Source: Candidatus Zixiibacteriota bacterium (GTDB lineage Bacteria > Zixibacteria > MSB-5A5 > GN15 > JAAZOE01). From it: a stretch of 64,000 bases of DNA. Positions 56,818-64,000 of the stretch are shown here, piece by piece. Both the position numbers and the translations under genes were made by a program. The first letter of the stretch is position 1. The number at the start of each line of letters is the position of its first letter. The stretch spans positions 32,001 to 96,000 of the forward strand of contig JBDREQ010000073.1 of assembly GCA_043819555.1 (NCBI GenBank), in the 5' to 3' direction. The notes under the pieces were generated by a model. The model saw only the letters and a list, made by a program, of their open reading frames with translations, searched no databases and had not been told where the DNA came from.

Positions 56818-58737
56818 ATGATGTACTGTCGTGCGACATATATTTTACTATTTTGTACTTTAATATTTCTATGCGTCGTGCCTGACATTGTTTTTTCTCA
56901 GGAATGGGGCAAGATCAGCGAGGAAGAGTGGGATTTAAAACCACCATCCGATTTTCCCAATGCAGAGGCAATAATAGTTTTTGATAATGGTGTTTTAACC
57001 ACATCAGTTCTCGAAGCTGAAGTAAAGCTCGAACGCCACACGCGCATAAAAATATTTAATTGTAGTCGTGCTGAAGATATCATAAAGATAGAAATTCCAT
57101 ATTTACCGGATGACAAAATCAGATCCCCCAAAGCCTATACAAACCTGCCGAATGGTAAGAAAATAAAAGTTAAAAGCTTTCAGAAAATAATTGACGCCGA
57201 TGGAGAAAAAATGGTGTTTTCATTCCCCGACGTAACCGATGGCTCAATTATTGAATATTCTTATACCTATACGCATAAACGGGTTGGATATTTCAAACCC
57301 TGGTACTTTCAAAACAGCATATTTACTCTTCAATCAAAACTAATTTTTACCTTCGGCCCGAATGCAAGATATTCATGGGTTTATTACAATGAGCCCGATT
57401 ATTTTGAAAAATCAGGACCACAGGATATTACTTTGTCAAATGGTTACCCGGCCAAACAATATTGTTACATTGCCACAAATGTCCCCCCGGCAAATCCGGA
57501 ACCTTTAATGCCCGGATATAATTACTATCGCTCTCATATAGTGTTTCAAATGACGGAATACTTTGCCGCCGGAAGCCAAATTGATTATATCAAAAGTTGG
57601 CGGGACATTGGTTCGCTTGTAGAAAACTGGCTTGATCAAAAAACCAGCCATTGTCTGGATGAATGGCGTCGGATTGGAGATTCGATTTGCGACGGCCTGA
57701 TTGATAATCAGATTAAAACAATAAATTTGTTTGACAATGTAAATGGATCGATTGCCAAATTAGACGGCCAGGAGTGGACAGGCGATTTATGCGATTTAAT
57801 TAATAATCGAACCGCTGGTCCATCTGAAAAGAATGTATTTCTGATCAATTTATTAAAGAGCCAGGGGATTGAATCATATCCTATATACATCGGTACAAGA
57901 GATTACATTTATCAATTTTATCGAAATTTTCAGGATTTGAATCAATTGAATAGAATTGTTTGTTACATCGGCAAGCCCGGAAAAGGATTTATTCTTGATG
58001 CGGGTGAGAATGTTCTATTTCCATTGGTCCCATCATATGATTTAGTCGCGAGCGGCCTTTTAATTAATGATAGAGAATCATGCATTATTGATCTTGACCT
58101 TCCTGAGATTTTCAGTGAGCGACGCTATGTGAATTATATATCTTTGAGCGGAGACGGTGCCGCAGACTGCTCAACACACGTATTAATTTCCGGCTGCCAG
58201 ACCGAGAATTTTATGCATCTCCTCAATGAAAATGTCTCTAATGAAGAATTGGGCCGGCAACTTTTGGCCGGGTCGATGTTTTTGATTGATATCTCCGACG
58301 CCAGCAGATCTGAAACAGTTGATGGATCGGATCTTCATTTTAAAGCCTTTTACAATATCCCGCAATTTTCTAATCTAATTGAAGATGAGATGATATTTCT
58401 TCCCAATATTATTCAATTGCAAAGAAACCTATTCAAAAATAAAAAACGCTATTATCCGATAGATTTTAGATATAAATATGGAACGAGCCATAAAACAATC
58501 ATTACGATACCAGAAGAATATCAAGTAGCTTCTATTCCAAAAGACATAAGTGAACAATCGTGGGCGGCTGCATTTGAGAGAAAAGTCAAATTTGAAAATG
58601 GCTCAATCGTAATCGACGCGGAATTATTGATAAATCATGAAAATATTTCAGCAAACAACTATAAACATATTAAAGGAGTATTTGATGCGATGACCGAAGC
58701 GGGATTCGATGAAGTAATTCTAAGAAAGAAAAAATAG
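56818..58737 (+). CDS. DUF3857/transglutaminase-like/DUF3858 protein
   Basis: Signal peptide; WGKISEEE..L, AEAIIVFD.G, HTRIKIF, FSFPDV..GSIIEYSY, PWYFQ, R.YPIDF, IPEEYQV.SIP. The ORF track starts at 56791. Confidence 0.8.
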   Translation: MMYCRATYILLFCTLIFLCVVPDIVFSQEWGKISEEEWDLKPPSDFPNAEAIIVFDNGVLTTSVLEAEVKLERHTRIKIFNCSRAEDIIKIEIPYLPDDKIRSPKAYTNLPNGKKIKVKSFQKIIDADGEKMVFSFPDVTDGSIIEYSYTYTHKRVGYFKPWYFQNSIFTLQSKLIFTFGPNARYSWVYYNEPDYFEKSGPQDITLSNGYPAKQYCYIATNVPPANPEPLMPGYNYYRSHIVFQMTEYFAAGSQIDYIKSWRDIGSLVENWLDQKTSHCLDEWRRIGDSICDGLIDNQIKTINLFDNVNGSIAKLDGQEWTGDLCDLINNRTAGPSEKNVFLINLLKSQGIESYPIYIGTRDYIYQFYRNFQDLNQLNRIVCYIGKPGKGFILDAGENVLFPLVPSYDLVASGLLINDRESCIIDLDLPEIFSERRYVNYISLSGDGAADCSTHVLISGCQTENFMHLLNENVSNEELGRQLLAGSMFLIDISDASRSETVDGSDLHFKAFYNIPQFSNLIEDEMIFLPNIIQLQRNLFKNKKRYYPIDFRYKYGTSHKTIITIPEEYQVASIPKDISEQSWAAAFERKVKFENGSIVIDAELLINHENISANNYKHIKGVFDAMTEAGFDEVILRKKK

Positions 58738-58818
58738 GGTAAAATATTTTATAATTATGGAGCACAAAAGCGTCAGACAATAAATATTACATGTTAAAAA
58801 CCTCGCAATAGTATTCAC

Positions 58819-58847
58819 TTGCAATTGATAATTTCTGTTCGTATAAT
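58819..58847 (+). promoter_or_regulatory. Sigma70-type promoter
   Basis: TTGCAA, 17 bp spacer, TATAAT, upstream of the thiolase. Confidence 0.6.
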
Positions 58848-58886
58848 TATCTTCTTGTGAGTTTAATTTTTATGGGAGGATAAATT

Positions 58887-60077
58887 ATGGGATATACAAG
58901 CGAAGCGTATATAGTGTCCGCCTGCCGCAGTGCGATCGGGACATTTTTAGGCGGTTTGTCTTCATTTTCAGCTACTCAATTGGGAGCTTTGGCAATTAAG
59001 GAAGCGGTTAACCGGGCCGAAATAGATCCCAATAAAGTAGATGAAGTGATTATGGGGCAGGTCGTTCAAGCTGGAGTTGGGCAGGCTCCCGCGAGACAGG
59101 CGGCTATCCACGCCGGAATTACACCCAAAGCCGGCGCACTGACTATTAATAAAGTCTGCGGGTCAGGACTAAAGGCGGTCATGCTGGCGGCTCAGGCAAT
59201 TCGTCTGGGCGACGCTAATTGCATTATTACCGGAGGGATGGAGTCAATGTCGGGAAGTCCTTATGTTCTTCACGGCGCCAAAGGCGGTTTGAAGTTCGGT
59301 GATAAAAAACTTCAGGACTCAATGGTACTTGATGGACTATGGTGTTCTTTCCAGAACTGGCACATGGGGAACGCCGCCGAATTGACCGCCGAGACTTCAA
59401 GTATCAGTCGAGAAGAACAGGATGAATATGCTTTTAATTCGCACAAGAAGGCTCTCGCCGCTCAAGGTGCAGGAAAATTCGATGCAGAGATTTTTCCAAT
59501 TGAGATTCCTCAGAGAAAAGGTGATCCGGTTATTTTCAAAAAGGATGAGTGCCCTCGTGCCAATATTTCGATAGAAGGTCTGGCGAAATTAAAGCCGGCT
59601 TTCCAAAAGGACGGTACGGTTACGGCAGGAAACGCGCCAGGACTCAATGATGGCAGTTCTGCGGTTGTGGTTGTATCTGAGAGCTATTTGAAAGAACACA
59701 AGCTGACACCGATGGCCAGGATTATCGATTATGGTACAGCTGGTGTCGAACCCAAAATGATATTTTACGCCCCGATTCACGCCGTTAACGATCTCTGCGC
59801 CAAAATGGGTGTGGATGTTAATCATTTTGATCTTATTGAGGCCAATGAAGCCTTTTCAGTTCAATGTCTTGCCGATGGGAAAAAAATCGGCTGGGATTGG
59901 GATAAGGTAAATGTTAATGGTGGTGCCGTGGCTTTGGGCCATCCCATTGGCGCTAGCGGATCCCGAGTATTGACAACGTTGTTATATGCTCTTAAGGATC
60001 ACGGCGGTAAAAAAGGTTTGGCGACTCTCTGTCTCGGCGGTGGTAATGCAGTGGCAATGGCAATTGAAATGATGTAA
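58887..60077 (+). CDS. atoB: Acetyl-CoA C-acetyltransferase (classical thiolase)
   Basis: NKVCGSGLKA, GGMESMS, TAGNA, NEAF, GHPIGASG, CLGGG. Confidence 0.92.
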   Translation: MGYTSEAYIVSACRSAIGTFLGGLSSFSATQLGALAIKEAVNRAEIDPNKVDEVIMGQVVQAGVGQAPARQAAIHAGITPKAGALTINKVCGSGLKAVMLAAQAIRLGDANCIITGGMESMSGSPYVLHGAKGGLKFGDKKLQDSMVLDGLWCSFQNWHMGNAAELTAETSSISREEQDEYAFNSHKKALAAQGAGKFDAEIFPIEIPQRKGDPVIFKKDECPRANISIEGLAKLKPAFQKDGTVTAGNAPGLNDGSSAVVVVSESYLKEHKLTPMARIIDYGTAGVEPKMIFYAPIHAVNDLCAKMGVDVNHFDLIEANEAFSVQCLADGKKIGWDWDKVNVNGGAVALGHPIGASGSRVLTTLLYALKDHGGKKGLATLCLGGGNAVAMAIEMM

Positions 60078-60102
60078 ATGATATTTCGGGAGGATATATA
60101 TA

Positions 60103-60963
60103 ATGACTGTTGATGATATTAAACAAATAACGGTAATCGGTGGTGGTACGATGGGCAACGGAATTTGCCACCATCTGGCCCAGTGCGGATATAATGTAAA
60201 CCTGGTTGATACGACCCAGACCTTTATCGATAGAGCCATGGCAACGATTACCAAGAATATGGATCGCCAGGTCAAGAAAGAAAAAATTACGGAAGATGAT
60301 AAGAACGCGGCTCTGGGAAGAATTAATCCGACGACTGATTTGAATGTCGCCCAGAATTCACAACTTATCATCGAGGCGATCTTTGAAGACCTTGAAGTCA
60401 AACTTAATTTATTCAAAGAACTTGATTCGATTTGCTCTGACGATGCGATTCTGGCATCAAATACTTCATCAATGCCGATTACCCAATTGGCCGGTGTGAC
60501 TAAACGTGCCGAAAAGGTCATCGGGATGCATTTCATGAATCCAGTTCCCATGATGAAGTTAATCGAGTTGATACGCGGCATTGCCACCAGCGATGAAACG
60601 TTCAATTTGATTAAGGAATTATCTGAAAAAATAAATAAAGTTCCGGTCGAGGTTCAGGATTATCCGGGCTTCGTCGCCAATCGAATCCTTTTACCGATGA
60701 TTAATGAAGCCGCATACGTACTCATGGAAGGCGTCGCAACGGCGGAAGGAATCGATACTGTTATGAAACTTGGGATGGCTCATCCAATGGGACCGTTGAC
60801 CCTGGCTGATTTTATCGGCCTTGATGTTTGCCTGGCTATATTGGAGGTTTTACATAATGGATTGGGTGATCCCAAATATCGCCCATGTCCTTTACTTAGA
60901 AAAATGGTTCAGGCCGGATATCTGGGACGAAAGACCGGTCGCGGATTTTATAACTACGAGTAA
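60103..60963 (+). CDS. hbd: 3-hydroxybutyryl-CoA dehydrogenase
   Basis: [45 protein letters not shown]. Confidence 0.93.
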   Translation: MTVDDIKQITVIGGGTMGNGICHHLAQCGYNVNLVDTTQTFIDRAMATITKNMDRQVKKEKITEDDKNAALGRINPTTDLNVAQNSQLIIEAIFEDLEVKLNLFKELDSICSDDAILASNTSSMPITQLAGVTKRAEKVIGMHFMNPVPMMKLIELIRGIATSDETFNLIKELSEKINKVPVEVQDYPGFVANRILLPMINEAAYVLMEGVATAEGIDTVMKLGMAHPMGPLTLADFIGLDVCLAILEVLHNGLGDPKYRPCPLLRKMVQAGYLGRKTGRGFYNYE

Positions 60964-60975
60964 GGAGTCCTTTGA

Positions 60976-62115
60976 ATGGATTTTAATCTCACCGAAGATG
61001 ATCTGATGATCAAGGAAGCGGCGGCTGAATTTGCGGCCAAACGCATTTATCCGAACGCTGAAAAATGGGATGAGGAAGGCAAAGTACCTCAGGAAGTTTT
61101 AGACGAACTGGCCGAATTGGGTTATTTCGGAATGATGTTGCCGGAAGAATATGGCGGTCTGGAGCTTCCATCGGTAACTTTTAACCTGGCCATGGAAGAG
61201 TTGGCAGCTGCATGCGCCGGTTTGACAATCATGGTATCGGTTCACAATTCGCTTTGTTGTGAAGCGGTTTATCGTTTCGGTTCCGATGAATTGAAAAAGA
61301 AATATTTGCCACAGATGGCGGCCGGCTCAATTGGCTCATATTGTCTGACTGAGCCTGATGCCGGTACCGATGCCGCTTCGATAAAAACATCTGCAGTTAA
61401 AAAGGGCGATAAATATATAATTAACGGCACCAAGACGTTTGTAACAAGCGGTGGATTGGCCGGTTTTTATATAGTTTTCGCGGTTACCAATCCGGAAAAA
61501 GGCTCTAAGGGAATATCCTGTTTTATTATTCCCAAAGGTACGCCCGGCGTAGGTCTTGGCGCTCCGGAAAAGAAGATGGGTATCAAAGTATCCGATACTC
61601 GTGAAATATCTTTTACGGATGTCGAAATTGATGCTGCCAATATGATAGGCGAAGAAGGCGCCGGATTCAAAACCGCAGTCATTCTTCTCAATAACGGCCG
61701 GATTGGCGTATCATTCCAGGCCCTTGGCATCGCACGCGCCGCTTATGAAGAGGCTCTCAAATACTCCAAAGAGAGAAAGCAATTTGGCCAGCCGATATGT
61801 AATTTTCAGGCGATTCAATTTAAACTGGCTGAAATGGCGACTAAGATTGATGCGGCCAAATTACTTGCCTTGAGGGCAGCTTCCATGAAAGATAATGGTC
61901 AGTTTATCGCTACCGAAGCGGCTATGTCAAAACTGGTTTGTTCGCAGACGGCGAATTGGGTTGCCAATGAAGCAGTTCAAATTCACGGTGGATATGGCTA
62001 TATGAAGGAATATCCGGTTGAGCGGTATTTTCGCGACGCTCGAGTTACTGAGATTTATGAAGGCACAAGCGAAGCTCAAAAAATAGTTATATCGCGCCAG
62101 TTACTTAAGGATTAA
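60976..62115 (+). CDS. Acyl-CoA dehydrogenase (butyryl/short-chain type)
   Basis: CLTEPDAGTD, INGTKTF, EKKMG, ERKQFG, QIHGGYGY, RDARVTEIYEGT. Confidence 0.92.
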   Translation: MDFNLTEDDLMIKEAAAEFAAKRIYPNAEKWDEEGKVPQEVLDELAELGYFGMMLPEEYGGLELPSVTFNLAMEELAAACAGLTIMVSVHNSLCCEAVYRFGSDELKKKYLPQMAAGSIGSYCLTEPDAGTDAASIKTSAVKKGDKYIINGTKTFVTSGGLAGFYIVFAVTNPEKGSKGISCFIIPKGTPGVGLGAPEKKMGIKVSDTREISFTDVEIDAANMIGEEGAGFKTAVILLNNGRIGVSFQALGIARAAYEEALKYSKERKQFGQPICNFQAIQFKLAEMATKIDAAKLLALRAASMKDNGQFIATEAAMSKLVCSQTANWVANEAVQIHGGYGYMKEYPVERYFRDARVTEIYEGTSEAQKIVISRQLLKD

Positions 62116-62117
62116 AT

Positions 62118-63269
62118 GTGTTATTAGATAAAAAACATCTTGAATTTAGAGAACGAATCAGGGCATTTTCACTGGAAAAGATAGCTCCCCATGCGGCCGA
62201 AATCGATGAAGAACAAAAATTCCGCATTGAAAGCCTTAAGGACCTATCGTCCGAGGGGCTTATGGGAATGGTGGTGGCCGATGAATACGGCGGTTCTTTA
62301 GTTGATACTGTGTCATATTCCATCGCGGTGGAAGAATTGTCGCGAGTTTGCGGTTCGACTGGAATTACAATAGCCGCTCATAATAGTCTTGGTTGTTTCC
62401 CAATTCATAAATTTGGCTCCGAGGAGCAAAAGAAGAAATATCTGCCACGAGGTACCGAGGGTGGTGAATTATTAGCCTTTGGTCTGACCGAACCCGAAGC
62501 AGGATCTGACGCCGGAGCCACGAGGACTACTTCAGTTAAAAACGAAGAGGGTTGGATAGTAAACGGTACTAAGTGCTTTATAACTTCGGCATCACATGCT
62601 TTTGCTTCAGTAATAACCGCTCGAACCTCGGATGACCCCGGAGTAAAGGGCATCTCCTCATTCATTCTTGAAAAAGAATGGAATGGATATGAAATTGGCA
62701 AAAAGGAAAATAAGCTGGGATTGAGAGGATCAGATACGGCCTTTATGCATTTTACAGATGTGAATGTGCCTCTCGAAAATCAGCTTGGCGAATTGGGTGA
62801 TGGTTTCAGGCAGTTTATGATTACGCTTGACGGCGGTAGAATATCTATCGGCGCTATGGCATTAGGATTGGCCCAGGGCGCATATGATTGCGCCGTTAAA
62901 TATGCAGCCGAAAAAACCATAAATGGAAAACCGATCGGGACAACTCAGGCGATTCAATGGAAACTGGCTGACATGGCAACTGAAATTGAAGCGGCGCGTT
63001 ACATGGTGTATGGGTCGTCAATGATGAAGGATGCCGGTATAGGCTTTTCAAAAGAATCGGCAATGGCCAAACTCTATGCTTCGGAAGTCGGACGGTGGGC
63101 TGCCGAGCAGGCTTTGGATATTTTAGGCGAAGTCGGAATTATAACCGGTAAGTATCCTGCCGAACGAATACTGCGGGATGTCAAACTTTGTGAAATCGGC
63201 GAGGGCACTTCGGAGATTCAGCGAATCGTTATCGCTCGTGATGTTTTAAAATCTGTTATGCCTAAATAA
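62118..63269 (+). CDS. Acyl-CoA dehydrogenase (short/branched-chain type)
   Basis: FGLTEPEAGSD, KLGLRGSDT, TLDGGRI, RDVKLCEIGEGTSE. Confidence 0.9.
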   Translation: MLLDKKHLEFRERIRAFSLEKIAPHAAEIDEEQKFRIESLKDLSSEGLMGMVVADEYGGSLVDTVSYSIAVEELSRVCGSTGITIAAHNSLGCFPIHKFGSEEQKKKYLPRGTEGGELLAFGLTEPEAGSDAGATRTTSVKNEEGWIVNGTKCFITSASHAFASVITARTSDDPGVKGISSFILEKEWNGYEIGKKENKLGLRGSDTAFMHFTDVNVPLENQLGELGDGFRQFMITLDGGRISIGAMALGLAQGAYDCAVKYAAEKTINGKPIGTTQAIQWKLADMATEIEAARYMVYGSSMMKDAGIGFSKESAMAKLYASEVGRWAAEQALDILGEVGIITGKYPAERILRDVKLCEIGEGTSEIQRIVIARDVLKSVMPK

Positions 63270-63284
63270 TCTGGAGGATAGATT

Positions 63285-63857
63285 TTGAAAACGCATGATG
63301 CTGTATACTATAATCACTACGTTGGCGAAATGGCCTTTGGGCGGCAGCTAATATATATGCTGACATTCAATGTCCTGTTAATTGCTTCATCATATATTCA
63401 ACTCCCTCTACCGTTTTCACCAGTTCCGGTAACGGCACAGACTGCGGCCGTATTAGCTTGTGGTCTGTTCCTTGGTCCGCTTAGAGGAACTTTTACGGTT
63501 ATAGCCTATCTACTGGAAGGCTCGATGGGCTTACCGGTCTATGCGGGTGGCTCAGCCGGAATCGCCAAATTAATCGGCCCAACCGGAGGATATTTGATGG
63601 GATTCGCCGCGGCCTCGTTTGCTGTCGGCTGGATGTCCGAGAGAATTCAGTCAATAAGTTATTATAAACTCCTGGCGGTTTTGACTATCGGGACAATTGT
63701 TATTTTTATCCCCGGCGTATATATCGTATCGCTTTACGCGCCCGAAGGACAAGCTTTGATAATGGGGCTTTATCCATTTATCCCCGGAGCAATCGTCAAG
63801 ATTTTATTATTGGCCTCGGCGTTGGCAGCTTATAGAAGAATAAGAAAATCGCTGTAG
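63285..63857 (+). CDS. bioY: Biotin transporter S component
   Basis: PFSPVPVTAQT, YLLEGSMGLPVYAGG, GPTGGYLMGF, LYPFIPG..VK. Confidence 0.92.
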   Translation: MKTHDAVYYNHYVGEMAFGRQLIYMLTFNVLLIASSYIQLPLPFSPVPVTAQTAAVLACGLFLGPLRGTFTVIAYLLEGSMGLPVYAGGSAGIAKLIGPTGGYLMGFAAASFAVGWMSERIQSISYYKLLAVLTIGTIVIFIPGVYIVSLYAPEGQALIMGLYPFIPGAIVKILLLASALAAYRRIRKSL

Positions 63858-63879
63858 ATTTTTTAAATTGTGTTTTTTG

Positions 63880-63910
63880 GCCCGGATAATTAAATTCGGG
63901 CTTTTTATTT
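63880..63910 (+). terminator. Intrinsic terminator
   Basis: GCCCGGA-loop-TTCGGGC-TTTTTATTT. Confidence 0.65.
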
Positions 63911-63973
63911 ATGGCAAAATTCCGATTCTGTATGTATAATGGCAAAAATTGAATATATTCCCGGAGGATTAAG

Positions 63974-64000
63974 TTGAGGAAAATAGTTTTAGCCGCCTTT
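63974..64000 (+). CDS. 5' end of an ORF running off the window
   Basis: GGAGG SD then TTG AGG AAA ATA GTT TTA GCC GCC TTT (signal-peptide-like). Confidence 0.5.

Noticed and set aside
60976..63269. Assigning either ACAD as isovaleryl-CoA dehydrogenase (liuA)
   Set aside because: Both keep Glu in the (Y/G)EGT motif rather than the IVD-type GAGT; substrate cannot be called from sequence.
1..64000. tRNA, rRNA, riboswitch, prophage or selenoprotein recoding signals
   Set aside because: None recognised by eye; an Infernal/tRNAscan run would be needed to exclude small structured RNAs.

Overview
Bacterial chromosomal window with no rRNA, tRNA, CRISPR array or prophage recognised. The gene content (Omp85/PD40, PEGA, FN3 and DUF1573 proteins, LPS heptose genes, sigma54 regulators, archaeal-type HMG-CoA synthase) suggests a diderm, FCB-group-like candidate-phylum organism; this is inference only. 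Blocks in order: (i) envelope, GH57 and M48 genes (0.1-7.8 kb); (ii) a sugar transferase with a sigma54 promoter, then PEGA and FN3 proteins, a PrsK/PrsR-like two-component system and a second NtrC-type activator (8-17.4 kb); (iii) orphan sbcD, a methyltransferase and an NSS transporter with an uncalled 37-aa small subunit; (iv) uppP, a GT9-GmhB fusion, amrS, a peptidase/PD40/Omp85 protein, a BamB-like lipoprotein and a HEAT protein (21-31.7 kb); (v) dnaK, mini-J and dnaJ behind a sigma54-like promoter with three 30-bp-phased palindromes and no grpE or CIRCE; (vi) a frameshifted 2TM-NUDIX gene, a repeat-dense intergenic region and an ECF sigma/anti-sigma pair; (vii) tdh-kbl converging on a hom-ALDH pair; (viii) an archaeal-type HMG-CoA synthase/thiolase/DUF35 operon abutting liuBCD-like genes with no HMG-CoA lyase in the window; (ix) a RAYT (TnpA-REP) with cognate GTAG REPs among orphan genes delimited by palindromes, including a Cys-rich protein/peptide pair; (x) thiolase, hbd, two acyl-CoA dehydrogenases and bioY. 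The best candidates for undescribed biology are the RAYT/REP-punctuated orphan gene array, the archaeal HMG-CoA module joined to leucine catabolism, the Cys-rich leader/peptide pair, the hom-ALDH pair and the enhancer-controlled dnaK locus. All product calls come from motif recognition by eye; no database search was run.
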